From an uncultured bacterium (GTDB lineage Bacteria; Krumholzibacteriota; Krumholzibacteriia; LZORAL124-64-63): a stretch of 64,000 nt of DNA. Positions 8,957 through 19,400 of the stretch are shown here, piece by piece; within the stretch, counting starts at the first letter, position 1; every line of letters begins with the position of its first letter. Location of the stretch: contig CAVSZB010000008.1 in the NCBI GenBank assembly GCA_963732385.1, positions 128,001 to 192,000 of the forward strand, read 5' to 3'. The position numbers and the translations under genes were made by a program. Under the pieces are notes generated by a model. The model saw only the letters and a list, made by a program, of their open reading frames with translations, searched no databases and had not been told where the DNA came from.

Positions 8957-9624
8957 CGCCAGGGACGGCCCGGCCCGATCGTCAGCCGGGCCTGCTGATC
9001 ACCTTCGAAGGCCCCGAGGGGAGCGGCAAGACGACGCTGGTGCAGGGCCTGACCGAGCGTCTCGTGAATTGCGGTTGCGAACCGGTCGTGGTCCGGGAGC
9101 CGGGGGGGACCGACGCCGGCGAGGCGATCCGGCAGGTGCTGCTCGATCCCGGCGGCGCCGAGCTGTGCGCGGAGGCGGAACTGCTGCTGATGGTGGCCAG
9201 CCGCGCCCAGCTGGTGCGCGAAAAGCTCAAGCCGGCCCTTGCCGCGGGGATGATCGTGCTGTGCGATCGCTTCGCCGATGCCTCGGTGGCCTACCAGGGC
9301 TGGGGGCGCGAGCTGGGAGTGGACGCCGTGCGCCAGGCCAATGCCTTCGCCCTCGACGGGCTCATGCCCGACCTCACCTTCCTCTGCCTGCTCTCCCCGG
9401 AGGAGGGACGTGCCCGGCTGGCCGGTCGCGATCGCGAAGCGGATCGTCTCGACCGCGAAAGCCTCGCTTTCCACCGTCGGGTCTACGAGGGTTACCTGGA
9501 GATGGCCGGCTCCGGGGACCCCCGTTTCCATGTCATCGACGCCACTCGTCCGCCGGCCGCGATGCTGGAACAGGCGCTGGTCCGCCTGCACAGCCTGGAA
9601 CACGGTTTGCTTAAATACGTTTAA
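8953..9624 (+). CDS. tmk: Thymidylate kinase
   Basis: FEGPEGSGKTT P-loop, REPGG, CDRF, AYQG. Confidence 0.96.
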   Translation: MTPGTARPDRQPGLLITFEGPEGSGKTTLVQGLTERLVNCGCEPVVVREPGGTDAGEAIRQVLLDPGGAELCAEAELLLMVASRAQLVREKLKPALAAGMIVLCDRFADASVAYQGWGRELGVDAVRQANAFALDGLMPDLTFLCLLSPEEGRARLAGRDREADRLDRESLAFHRRVYEGYLEMAGSGDPRFHVIDATRPPAAMLEQALVRLHSLEHGLLKYV

Positions 9625-9690
9625 GCCCTTTATGTAATTGGCGAAATCCAGGGTGCCCGCGGCCCTCACCCCCGCCAGAAAGTCGGTATC

Positions 9691-11448
9691 ATGCTCATGG
9701 ACAGCGAGTTGCGCGCGCCGGTTCGTCGCCGACGCTCACCTGTGCCGTTTGCCACCGTCGCGCTGCTGCTGGCTCTGCCGCTGTTGCCGGGAGGGGGGAC
9801 TCCCGGGGCCGGGGAGGTCGTCAAGACCCCCATGCAGCGCGAAACCGAGGCGCTGAACCTGATGGGTCGGGTATTCGAGTACGTCTACAAGAACTATGTG
9901 GACGAGGTCGACCCGCAGAAGATTTCCGAGGCGGCCGTGCGCGGCATGCTGGCCGAGCTGGACGAGCATTCCCAGTTCCTGCCGCCCCAGAACTACGAAG
10001 ACCTCATGTTGTCCACCGAGGGTGAATTCGGTGGGCTGGGCATCACCATCGTGATCCGCGATCACTATCCGACCGTGGTTTCGCCGATCGAGGGGACGCC
10101 GGCCTTTTTCATGGGCATCCAGGGTGGTGACCAGATCGTCGACATCGAGGGCAAGCCCACGTACGACTGGAAGAGCGATCAGGCGGTGAAACTGCTGCGC
10201 GGCGAGCCCGGCACGCGCGTCAGCCTGAAGATCCGCCGCGAAGGGGCGCCGGCGGCGCTGCCGTTCACGATCACGCGGGACATTATCAAGGTCGAGAGTG
10301 TGCCGTACGCCTTCATGATCGGCGACGTCGGCTACGTGCGCATCCAGAACTTCTCCCGCACCACGGGATCGGAACTGCGGACGAAGCTCGACGATCTCGA
10401 GAAGCAGGGCGCGAAGGGGGTCATGCTCGACCTGCGCTGGAATCCCGGCGGCCTGCTCACGGCGGCCAAGGAGGTCGGCGAGCTGTTTCTCGACCGCGGC
10501 AAGCTGCTGGTCTTCACGAAGGGGCGGTTGCAGCAGCAGAACGTCTCCTACTACAGCGAACCGCGAGGGCAGGTGCACAACAGGTTGCCCATGGTCGTGC
10601 TGGTCAACGGCTCCTCGGCCTCGGCCAGCGAGATCGTGGCCGCCGCGCTGCAGGACCACGATGCCGGGCTGATCGTCGGCAAGACGACCTTTGGCAAAGG
10701 CTCGGTGCAGACAGTCTATCGGCTCGACGAGGAGTCGGCCCTCAAGCTGACCACGGCCAAGTATTACACGCCCTCCGGCCGGTCGATCCACAAGGACCGG
10801 CACAAGGACGACTCGGACCTCGACCTTGTCGACGGCGATGCCGTGCCCGAGCCATCCCCCGCGCCCGGGCTGCAGCCGGCCGATCCTGAGGTTCCACGCC
10901 ACGAGAAGGAGCAGTTCAGGACCGACATGGGCCGCACCGTGTACGGCGGAGGCGGGATCACCCCCGACGTGGAGATCGACCAGCCGCTGCTGAACGACTA
11001 CCAGGTCGCTCTCGAGCGGGACGGCGCGCTGTTCAGCTTCGCCACCCACTACGCCGCGCAGCACAAGCTCACGCCGGAGTTCAAGGCCGACCCGGCCGTG
11101 CTGGCCGACTTCCGTGGCTTTTTGGGCCAGCGCGAAAAGTTCCCGGAGTATCTGAAAGAGTACAGGCTGCGCCCGGCCGCCGCCGATTCCCTCTTCGACG
11201 TCAACCGCGACTATCTGGCGCGCGGCATCCGCCGCGAGATCATGCGTCGCGGCTTCGGCGCCCAGGCGGCCTACAAGGTCGCCATCGAGGAGGACACGCA
11301 GCTCCACGAGGCGCTCAACCTGTTCAAACAGGCGAAGACCCTGCCGGCGCTGCTGAAGTACGCGGCCGAGTGGAACGAGCGGCAGCTGCAGCAGGCCAGG
11401 GCTGCGGAGAAGGATCAGCCGGTCGTGCCGGTGGAGAGCAGGCAGTAG
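9691..11448 (+). CDS. C-terminal processing peptidase S41 (CtpA/Prc-like) with PDZ domain
   Basis: GLGI PDZ motif, DLRWNPGG, SASASEI, TFGKGSVQ, GGGITPD; N-terminal hydrophobic signal. Confidence 0.95.
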   Translation: MLMDSELRAPVRRRRSPVPFATVALLLALPLLPGGGTPGAGEVVKTPMQRETEALNLMGRVFEYVYKNYVDEVDPQKISEAAVRGMLAELDEHSQFLPPQNYEDLMLSTEGEFGGLGITIVIRDHYPTVVSPIEGTPAFFMGIQGGDQIVDIEGKPTYDWKSDQAVKLLRGEPGTRVSLKIRREGAPAALPFTITRDIIKVESVPYAFMIGDVGYVRIQNFSRTTGSELRTKLDDLEKQGAKGVMLDLRWNPGGLLTAAKEVGELFLDRGKLLVFTKGRLQQQNVSYYSEPRGQVHNRLPMVVLVNGSSASASEIVAAALQDHDAGLIVGKTTFGKGSVQTVYRLDEESALKLTTAKYYTPSGRSIHKDRHKDDSDLDLVDGDAVPEPSPAPGLQPADPEVPRHEKEQFRTDMGRTVYGGGGITPDVEIDQPLLNDYQVALERDGALFSFATHYAAQHKLTPEFKADPAVLADFRGFLGQREKFPEYLKEYRLRPAAADSLFDVNRDYLARGIRREIMRRGFGAQAAYKVAIEEDTQLHEALNLFKQAKTLPALLKYAAEWNERQLQQARAAEKDQPVVPVESRQ

Positions 11449-11461
11449 CCGTCGGCGCGGA

Positions 11462-13492
11462 TCAGGCGGGCGCCGGTTCGGGGACGATCGCCGTGGCGCC
11501 GGCCGCAGCCTCTGCGAGCGCCCTGTCCAGGGCGAGGGCGTCGATCGGCTTCGTCAGATGAGCGTCCATGCCGGCCTCGATGGCTCGCGCCCGCTCCGAT
11601 TCCAGGGCGTGAGCCGTAAGCGCAAAGATCGGCGTGCGGCTGGGGCGACCCGCTTCGGCCGCGCGGATGCGGCGCGTCGCCTCGTAGCCGTCCATCTCCG
11701 GCATCTGGATGTCCATCAGCACGGCATCGAATTCCCCGACGGACCACGCGGCCAGCGCGGCCGCGCCATCGCCCACCAGGTGGACGGAGTGCCCGCGCCG
11801 CTCGAGCAGCCGACGCACGAGCAGCTGGTTGACGGCGTTGTCCTCCGCGACAAGCAGACGCAGCGGCTCGGCCGGCGGAGCGTCGACGTCGGCGGGGGGC
11901 GGAAGCGCGGCAGCGATCGCTGCGCCCGCCTGGGGTGTTGCAGCCTGTATCGTGAAATGGAAGATGCTGCCGCGCCCGACCTGGCTGATCACCCCGATCT
12001 GCCCGTCCATCGCCTCGACCAGCCGCTGGGTGATGGCCAGACCGAGCCCGGTGCCCCCCTGGCGGCGGGTCAGGGTGCCGTCGACCTGCATGAAGGAGGC
12101 GAAGATCGCCTGCTGCTGGTCGGCCGGGATGCCGCAGCCGGTGTCGTGAACCCGGAAGGTCAGTGTGATTGCGGTCGGCGGTTCGGCGCTCACGGGGGTT
12201 TCGGCGCGGTCGACCTCCACGTTCACGCCGCCGCGCTCGGTGAACTTCAGCGCGTTGCCCACGAGGTTGTAGAGCACCTGCTCAATTCGTCCGGGATCGC
12301 CGATCAGGGTCGCGGGCAGGTGCGGGTCGAGCCGGGTCGCCAGCGTGAGTCCCTTCTGGGTCGCAAGCGGCGCCAGGGTGCCCAGCGCGCGCCGCACGCA
12401 GGCGCGGGGATCGAACGGCGCCCGGCGCAGATCGAGACGGCCCGCCTCGATCCGGGAGAAGTCCAGCACATCGTTGATCACCCGCTGCAGCATCTCGCCG
12501 GAGGTATGCACCAGGTCGAGGTGCTGCCTCTGTTCGGCGGTCAGTTCCGTGGCCAGCGTGAGCTGGGTCAGCCCGAGGATGCCGTTGAGCGGGGTGCGGA
12601 TCTCATGGCTCATGTGGGCCAGGAAGTCGCCCTTGGCGCGGCTGGCCGCTTCGGCGGCCTCGCGGGCGGTCAGCATTTCCGCGCCGGTCCGCTGCAGCTG
12701 TCCGGCCATGTCGTTGAACGCGGTTGCCAGATCCGCTGTCTCGTCCCGGGAGGTCACCACGATACGCGTGGCGAGATCGCCGGCGCCGATCGCGCGGCTG
12801 CCCTGAGTGAGGCGGCGTAGCGACGCCGTAAGCGGCCGGGCAATGCCGACGCCGAGGAACAGGGCGATCAGGATCGTCGCCCCGCCGGTCAGCCCCACGG
12901 CGACCAGCGAGCGATGCCCGGCAGTGGTCAGAGCGTCGCTGCTGGCCCGGATTTCGGCTGTTTCGTGGCTCCGGGCGTGATTGACGGCCAGCAGGAACGC
13001 AAATTCCTCCCGCTCGAACTGCTCCTTGGCGGCCAGGAACGGCTCACCTGTGAAGCCGCTGTCCACCAGTGCCGCGATCGCCCAGCCGGCCTCGCGAAAC
13101 TTCCCGACCCGTGACCGGATGGCCCGCACGTGCTGCAGATCGGACGCATCGACGCGCGACACGAGCCATTCGTATTGAACGAAGGCCCGTTCCATATCCT
13201 CGCACCCATCGCCGATCAGGCGGCGCTCCTCGTCCTCCTGGTCCGCATCCGGTTCGACGCCGCCGAACCGGGCCTGCGTGCGCAGCAGGGCGAACTCGGT
13301 GACCGACGCCACGACGCGCAGCCCGCCGGCCCGCAGGTCATCGAGCGCCTTCAGGCTGGGGATCGTATCGGACGTGATGCTCATGGCGGACCGACGGGCG
13401 TTGCGGGTCGCGGCGAAGCTCCAGTAGGTCATTGCGGCGGCGGTGACGGCCACGGTGACATATCCGAGCAGGATCCTGGCGCCGAGCTTCAC
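11462..13492 (-). CDS. Membrane hybrid sensor histidine kinase (periplasmic sensor-HAMP-HisKA-HATPase-REC)
   Basis: Two TM segments, SHEIRTPLNG, NLVGNALKF, DTGCGI, GGTGLGL; receiver AEDN...MDIQMP...TKP. Confidence 0.95.
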   Translation of the reverse strand: MKLGARILLGYVTVAVTAAAMTYWSFAATRNARRSAMSITSDTIPSLKALDDLRAGGLRVVASVTEFALLRTQARFGGVEPDADQEDEERRLIGDGCEDMERAFVQYEWLVSRVDASDLQHVRAIRSRVGKFREAGWAIAALVDSGFTGEPFLAAKEQFEREEFAFLLAVNHARSHETAEIRASSDALTTAGHRSLVAVGLTGGATILIALFLGVGIARPLTASLRRLTQGSRAIGAGDLATRIVVTSRDETADLATAFNDMAGQLQRTGAEMLTAREAAEAASRAKGDFLAHMSHEIRTPLNGILGLTQLTLATELTAEQRQHLDLVHTSGEMLQRVINDVLDFSRIEAGRLDLRRAPFDPRACVRRALGTLAPLATQKGLTLATRLDPHLPATLIGDPGRIEQVLYNLVGNALKFTERGGVNVEVDRAETPVSAEPPTAITLTFRVHDTGCGIPADQQQAIFASFMQVDGTLTRRQGGTGLGLAITQRLVEAMDGQIGVISQVGRGSIFHFTIQAATPQAGAAIAAALPPPADVDAPPAEPLRLLVAEDNAVNQLLVRRLLERRGHSVHLVGDGAAALAAWSVGEFDAVLMDIQMPEMDGYEATRRIRAAEAGRPSRTPIFALTAHALESERARAIEAGMDAHLTKPIDALALDRALAEAAAGATAIVPEPAPA

Positions 13493-13553
13493 GCGGCCTC
13501 TCCCGGAGCGACATGGCGAGGCCCGGGCCGCAGGCTGCGGTCCGGGTCCCTCG

Positions 13554-13580
13554 TTATCGGTTGCCCCGGGGCGGAATTGA
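13554..13580 (-). promoter_or_regulatory. Putative sigma-28 promoter for the hybrid kinase
   Basis: Minus strand TCAA-N15-ACCGATAA, close to TAAA-N15-GCCGATAA. Confidence 0.55.
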
Positions 13581-13614
13581 GTCTTTCCGAGTCGCGGATC
13601 GGACGAAAAGCGGA

Positions 13615-16344
13615 CTAGATCTGGAACCAGTTTGTGATTTTGAACATCACGATGTGGTCGCCCGGCGCGTCGAGCAGCGATCGCGTGTCGCGGCCGAGGC
13701 GAAAATCGCCGGGGTCGTCCAGGTTGACGCGATCCTGGGTCCAGACCAGGAAGGCGGTCGAGCCGGGCCGGTATTCCCAGCGCAGCACCACGTTCGCTTT
13801 CAGCGACTTGAAATTGAAGTCGGGGTCGTCGAGCGCGAACGGCGTCACGGGGCCGGCGCCGTCGGGGTCGATCGTGTAGGCGCGGGCGGACGGGTCGTAG
13901 GTCATGGTCGAACCGTTGTCCTGGCCGTAGCGGTTGAATTCATGCGTACCTGGCCGCGCCAGTTCCATCGGGCCGCGATAGCGCCCGGCCGCGAACAGGG
14001 GCTGCAGGTACGACTGCAGCGTCAGGCGCGGCGTAAAGGTCCAGTCGATCCGGGTGACCAGGCTGAACTCGCGGTAGTCGAGGTCTGCGAAGAGGTAGCG
14101 CGCGCCGCCGGTGGCGGTCATGGCCGGGTCATCGACGCGGTCCACCCACTGCGCCCGATCGTGCGTGAAGACGAGCGCCGGACCGCACGACAGGCGCACG
14201 GCGCTGCGCGGCCGCCATGCCAGGGCGAGGGAGGTGTTGTATCCTTCGCTGTTGTTGTCCGCGCGCCAGATCCCTCCCTGCGATTCCGCCACCAGGTTGC
14301 GCCGCGAGTCGGAGCAGAGGTACCAGTTCAGCTCGAGGTTGGCCGGCAGGAGCATGTTCGGCCCGCCCCGGGTGGCGCGCGTGCTGTTGCGCTCCGGATT
14401 GTAGAAGAGCTGCGTTTCGAGATGCCAGTAGTTGGCGAAATCGCACCAGGCGAAGTTGCCCACTCCCCTGGCGTCAGGCACGCCGCCGAAATCCCAGGTG
14501 CGGAAGGCGGCCAGGGTGACGGAACGGCCGCGGAACGCTCCCTTCGGCTCGAGCCACCGATAGCCGGCGGCCAGGTGCCAGTTGACGTTGTCGGCGCGTC
14601 CCTGATAGCCGAGATCGCTGATCTCGTAGCCGGGCGACACCGCGCCCAGCGCTGTGTTGAGCGTGAAGGAGCCTGATTCGCGGTTCAACATCGCGCGGCC
14701 GGCCCAGCCGGTGAGCGAGGTGCGCGCGGGATCGTACGCGAGATGGTCGCCGTCCGGGCGCTGCAGGTAGTGCCGCGAGGAGCGTTGGATCGCGTCGATG
14801 GCCGCCGGCTCGCCGGTCACCCGGCTCGCGCTCAGGAAGCCCTTCACGGCCCAGACGCGGCGCTCGTCGAGGGCGAGCCAGCCGTCGAGGCCGGCGCTCT
14901 GGGCGCTGCGCGTGAGGCCGGCGGCCGCCAGCGGGTCGTCGAGCTCACGCCGGACGCCGGTCAGCATGGCGCCGAGCCCGCTGCGCCCGTCGTCGCGCGC
15001 CCGCTTCAGCCGCAGCACCGTGTAGCCGGCGCCCGGCTCGACGAGCTGGTCGGCGCGGGTGTCGTCGAGCGCGAGGCGGGCCTGCTCGCGCGCGGTGACG
15101 GCGGCCAGCAACCCGAGGTCGGTGCGGCCGATCCGCCCGCTCAGCTTGGCGGCCCCGAGGATGGTCGTCGCCCCGGGCGCGTCGGCGTAGTCGTGCGCGC
15201 CGAGGTCGAGCTGCGGCGCCCGTCCGATGCGCCGGCTGTAGAACGGCAGGGGTTCGGTCCAGTTGAAATTCCAGCTGTTGTTGGTCCCCTCGCGCCCGAA
15301 CCGGAACAGATTCGCCTGCTCGACGAAGAACGGCCGGCGCTCCTCGAAGAAGGTCTCGAAGTCGGACAGGTTCACCACCGCCGGATCCACCTCGACCTGC
15401 CCGAAGTCGGGGTTGACGGTGGCGTTGAGCGTGAGCTGGTTCGACAGGCCCCACCGCAGGTCGGCGCCACCGGCGCCGTGGACGCGCGAGCCGTCGTTGA
15501 ACGGATCGCCCGGCGCCGCCTGCAGGTACTCGGCCCGACCCGCGCCATACACCAGCAGCTCCCGCCGGCTGGAAGGGGCGATCCCGCTGATGCCGACCAG
15601 GTCGGGATAGCGCCGCACCGCGCCCCCCTCCTCCCGCGGCCGGAAATAGAGGTCCTCCCGCTCCTGATAGCGCAGGATGCGCCGGCTGAAGTTGATCCCC
15701 CACACCTGCTCGACCCGCTCGGGAAAGTTCAGCTGTGCGAACGGCACCCGGAATTCGACGGTCCAGCCGTCCCGGTCAATGCGGGTGGCGACCTGCCAGA
15801 TCCCGTCCCACGACGGATCGTCCCACCCGTCGTTGTAGATCGCCGCATCCCCGATGGCCCCCGCCGGATTGACCCCGAACAGATACCCGGTGCGGTCGTC
15901 GTTGAACGTGTCGAGCACGATCACCAGCCAGTCCGAATCCGGCCACGAATCGCGCCGTCCCAACCGCGACACGATCGAATCCGGCGCGCTGTCCCACAGC
16001 CGCCCCCCGATGTACAACGCCTCGTCGTCATAGACCACCCACCAGTCGGTCTTCTGCCGCGGCGCACACCCGTTGTTCGGCTCGTTCTGCACCAGCGCGG
16101 GTCCGGAAGGCCGCTGCCAGTCCGCCTCGTCGAGCACGCCGTCGATCCGGAGAGGAGCGGTGGCGCGGTAGGCGCGCACCGAGGCGGCCGGGCGGACGCG
16201 GACGGTGTCGGCGCAGTCGCGGCGGGGGGCGGGGGGCTGGGCGATAGCGCGGGGGGCGGGCGAAAGGAGGGCGGCCAGGAAAAACGCAGTCACGGCCAGG
16301 GCGAGGCGGGACGGAATTCGGGGGATCGGAACGCGGGACAGCAT
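13615..16344 (-). CDS. Exported CBM9-like + DUF5916-type outer-membrane beta-barrel protein (909 aa)
   Basis: Signal peptide; IDGVLDEADW...GWTVEFRVPF; TVNPDFGQVEVD, FFEERRPFFVE, FYSRRIG; C-terminal LRWEYRPGS...KITNWFQI. Start moved from 17331 to ATG 16344. Confidence 0.85.
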   Translation of the reverse strand: MLSRVPIPRIPSRLALAVTAFFLAALLSPAPRAIAQPPAPRRDCADTVRVRPAASVRAYRATAPLRIDGVLDEADWQRPSGPALVQNEPNNGCAPRQKTDWWVVYDDEALYIGGRLWDSAPDSIVSRLGRRDSWPDSDWLVIVLDTFNDDRTGYLFGVNPAGAIGDAAIYNDGWDDPSWDGIWQVATRIDRDGWTVEFRVPFAQLNFPERVEQVWGINFSRRILRYQEREDLYFRPREEGGAVRRYPDLVGISGIAPSSRRELLVYGAGRAEYLQAAPGDPFNDGSRVHGAGGADLRWGLSNQLTLNATVNPDFGQVEVDPAVVNLSDFETFFEERRPFFVEQANLFRFGREGTNNSWNFNWTEPLPFYSRRIGRAPQLDLGAHDYADAPGATTILGAAKLSGRIGRTDLGLLAAVTAREQARLALDDTRADQLVEPGAGYTVLRLKRARDDGRSGLGAMLTGVRRELDDPLAAAGLTRSAQSAGLDGWLALDERRVWAVKGFLSASRVTGEPAAIDAIQRSSRHYLQRPDGDHLAYDPARTSLTGWAGRAMLNRESGSFTLNTALGAVSPGYEISDLGYQGRADNVNWHLAAGYRWLEPKGAFRGRSVTLAAFRTWDFGGVPDARGVGNFAWCDFANYWHLETQLFYNPERNSTRATRGGPNMLLPANLELNWYLCSDSRRNLVAESQGGIWRADNNSEGYNTSLALAWRPRSAVRLSCGPALVFTHDRAQWVDRVDDPAMTATGGARYLFADLDYREFSLVTRIDWTFTPRLTLQSYLQPLFAAGRYRGPMELARPGTHEFNRYGQDNGSTMTYDPSARAYTIDPDGAGPVTPFALDDPDFNFKSLKANVVLRWEYRPGSTAFLVWTQDRVNLDDPGDFRLGRDTRSLLDAPGDHIVMFKITNWFQI

Positions 16345-16415
16345 CTTTCCTGGACTCCCGGACGGTGGGTGCTGACGGGCGCGCGCGCCGGCGGCGCGGC
16401 GGGTCGAACTGCCGT

Positions 16416-16444
16416 TAGACGATTCACGGCAATGGATGGTTGCA
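16416..16444 (-). promoter_or_regulatory. Putative ECF-sigma promoter for the DUF5916-type gene
   Basis: Minus strand TGCAAC-N17-CGTCTA (AAC...CGT pattern) in the intergenic gap. Confidence 0.45.
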
Positions 16445-16472
16445 GGGCGGGCCCGTCCCGGACGGGCGCGGG

Positions 16473-19400
16473 TCAGTAGCGCTGCTGCCACCGCAGATCG
16501 AGGCCCGAGGCCTCCTCGTTCTGACCGTAGGTGGAAATCAGCTTGAAGAGGCGGCTGAGCGTGTATTCGAGGGTCATGAAGTAGGATCCGCTGCGCTCGA
16601 GCGATTGGTGGTATTTCAACAGCAGGCGCGGGTTGATGAACTTGCCCAGCACCAGGGTGCTGCCGCCGGCGGTGTCCGACCCGATCTGCACCTGGTCGAC
16701 GCCGATCCTCCCCGACACGCTGTTCTGGAACCCGGTCGCGCCGAAGAGGAGGGCCAGCCCCTGCAGGTTCCGGCTCAATTGCTGGACCGGCGACTGCTCC
16801 CCGTTCAGGCTGACCCGCTGGTCGGTGTCGAGTTCGTTGAGCGGCCGCCCGAAGAGCAGGAAGGCCATGATATCCGCCTGGATCATCTCCGGCTCCGATT
16901 CCAGAACGATCCGGGGCTGTTGGGAACTGCCGGTGACCTTGATGCGGACCCGGGTGCCGTCGATGTCGGCGACCAGCACCAGGTCGACCGACGGGTTCAA
17001 GGGGATGCTTCCCGCCAGATCGAACCCGCCGCTCTCCACCGTGAAGGTGCGATTGAAGGCCCGCAGGGTTCCCTCGACGACCCGGAGCCTGCCCCGCAGC
17101 ACCGGCGCGGGCCGGCCGCTCCCGTCCAGGCCTCGGACGATCCGGATGTCGCCGGCCAACTCGGCTTCCAGTCCGTAGCCGATGACCTTGAAATTCCCCG
17201 GGATGAGCACGTGCAGGTCCAGGTCCGGGACGAAGAGCGGGGAGACCTCCGGCACGGAGGCGTCGCTGCGTCGCCACGTGGCCCCGGCCGGGCCCGACGA
17301 GTCGGCGGCGGCTTCCCGGGCGGCCGTCCACAGGGCGGCGGCGCCGCTCGCCGGGTGCAGAAGGGGCTGGCTCTCCTGCAGGCGGATCAGGCCGCTGGTG
17401 ACGGTGGACTCGCCAGCCAGCCGCGGATCGACAAGCCGGCCCGTCACGCCGATGTTCCCCGTCAGGTCCAGGCGGGAGCGGTTCGGCAGGTTCACCCGCA
17501 GACCCCGGGTGCGGATCACGCCGCTGATCGCGCTGTCGGTCGCCGGCGCCGCCGTCGCTGCGGCGCGGGAGACCGCCACGCCTGCTCCCACCGTCAGGTT
17601 GCCCTCCAGCGAGACGTCGGTGGGCAGGAAACCGTTGATGAAGGCGAGCGGCAGTTCCTGCTCGTTAAGGTCGAGCCGGCCGTGGCCGGCCGCCGCCGGG
17701 AACCAGCGCCCGCTGGCCGCATCGATCCGACCGGGCCAGGTCAGCGAACCGCTCACCAGGCGGGTCTCGCCGATCCCGAAGGTCAGGTTTCCCGCCAGCC
17801 CCGCCGTGTCCCCGGCGGCGAGGTGGAAATCGAGATCGATCCGGGCCTCGGGTTCCTGGTTGCGCGGGATAAGGCGCACGCCGGCGCGCCCCTGGAACAC
17901 CGGCGCCCTGCCCGCGGCGGTGCCCAGGTTCGACAGGTCGGCCACGCCCGACACGGCAAGATCGGCCCCTTCGTCCGCCGACCAGAATGGCGAAGGGAAC
18001 AGCGATTCCAGCCATTCCCTGGACAGCAGCAGATCAAGACCCGCCGCGAGCATGAGTCCCTCCCCGGCGAGGCTTGCGTCGAGGTCGAGACTGCCCGGGT
18101 CTCCCCTCAGGTGCAGCGTGCTGACGGAAAGATCCCGCGGTCCCGGCCCGCTGCGCAGCGTGAAGGGGGACGCCGCGTGGATCTCCTGACCCGCCGCCGT
18201 GAACACCAGCGTGTCGATCGTGGCGGTTCGCACGGTATCCCCGGCGGCGGAGCCCCGCAGCCAGCCGGTTGTCTCGGGAGCCCAGACGTGCAGGAGGAAG
18301 TCCCCCGCCGGGATGCCGCCGGTGGAGAGGGGGCGCCCCGTCCACGCCACGGCGAGCGAATCGACTGCTACGGAGCCGAGACGTACGCCACCCCGCGCGC
18401 GTGCGCGAACCTGCAGTTCGCGGGGCGAGCCGACGAGGGTCGCCTGGAACTCCGACAGGTCGAAATCCTGGGTCAGGAGGTGACCGTTCAGGTTCCCTTC
18501 TCCCTGCAGATCCCGCCACGGTCCCGAAATCCGCAGCCGGGAGACCAGGCCCAGGTCGGTCACGCGCAGGCTGTCGGGCAGGAGCAGATCGAGCAGGCCG
18601 GTCCCGTCCATTGTCAACGTCACCGCGAGGTCGGCCTGCGCGGTGTCCAGGTCGCCCGAGGCGAGGATGCCCGTGCCGCGCAGCGCCACCGCCAATGAAT
18701 CGACGCGCAGGTGTCCCAGGGCCCGGGACCGCGGGGCCACCTTCGCGTGGCCCACCAGCAGGCCACGGTCGAGCCATGGTGTGCGGCCAAGGTCCACGCG
18801 CAGGTCGGCACTCAGTTCTGACCATGAGCCGTCGAGCCCGCCCTCCAGATCGAGGTCGATCCGGCTGAAGGCCGCGCGGTCGATCCCCGCCGGCAGTCCG
18901 GCGGCGGCCCGGGCGACCCCCGGCAGCTGCCACACCGAGGCGATGGTGCCCGCCGCGGTGGCCGTGGCCGTGATCCGCGGGTCAGCCAACGGCCCGACCA
19001 CGGCGCCTGTCGCCTTGAGCCGCCCCCGGACGCCGGCCAGCAGGCCCGGAGCCAGCAGCGCGGGAAATTCCAGGTCCTGAAGGTCGGCGGTGACGCGACC
19101 GTCGATGGTCGCGCCGTCCCAGGCTCCCGAGGCCTCGAGAGTGGTCCCGCGCCACTGCAGACCGAGGGCATCCACGCGCAACTGCCGGAGCCGGGGTTGC
19201 GGCCGCAGGCTGACCAGCGCGGACCCGCGCCCCATCCCGCGCCGCAGGTCGGCCGAGGGGTCCAGGTCCAGCTCGGCGTCCAGCCGCAGGTCGGTGGCGG
19301 TGCCGTGGCACTGCAGGCCGAGGCGTCCCGCGAACTCCCGCATCACCATTCCGGGCAGCGGGTTCTGCAGGGGGACCGGCACCCGGGCGTGGAAATGCAG

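Noticed and set aside
16345..17331. Long N-terminal extensions in the ORF track (DUF5916-type, tamB, serS, folC, tsaB, glycosylase and others)
   Set aside because: They overlap real upstream genes; downstream starts fit RBS, signal peptides and family N-termini better.
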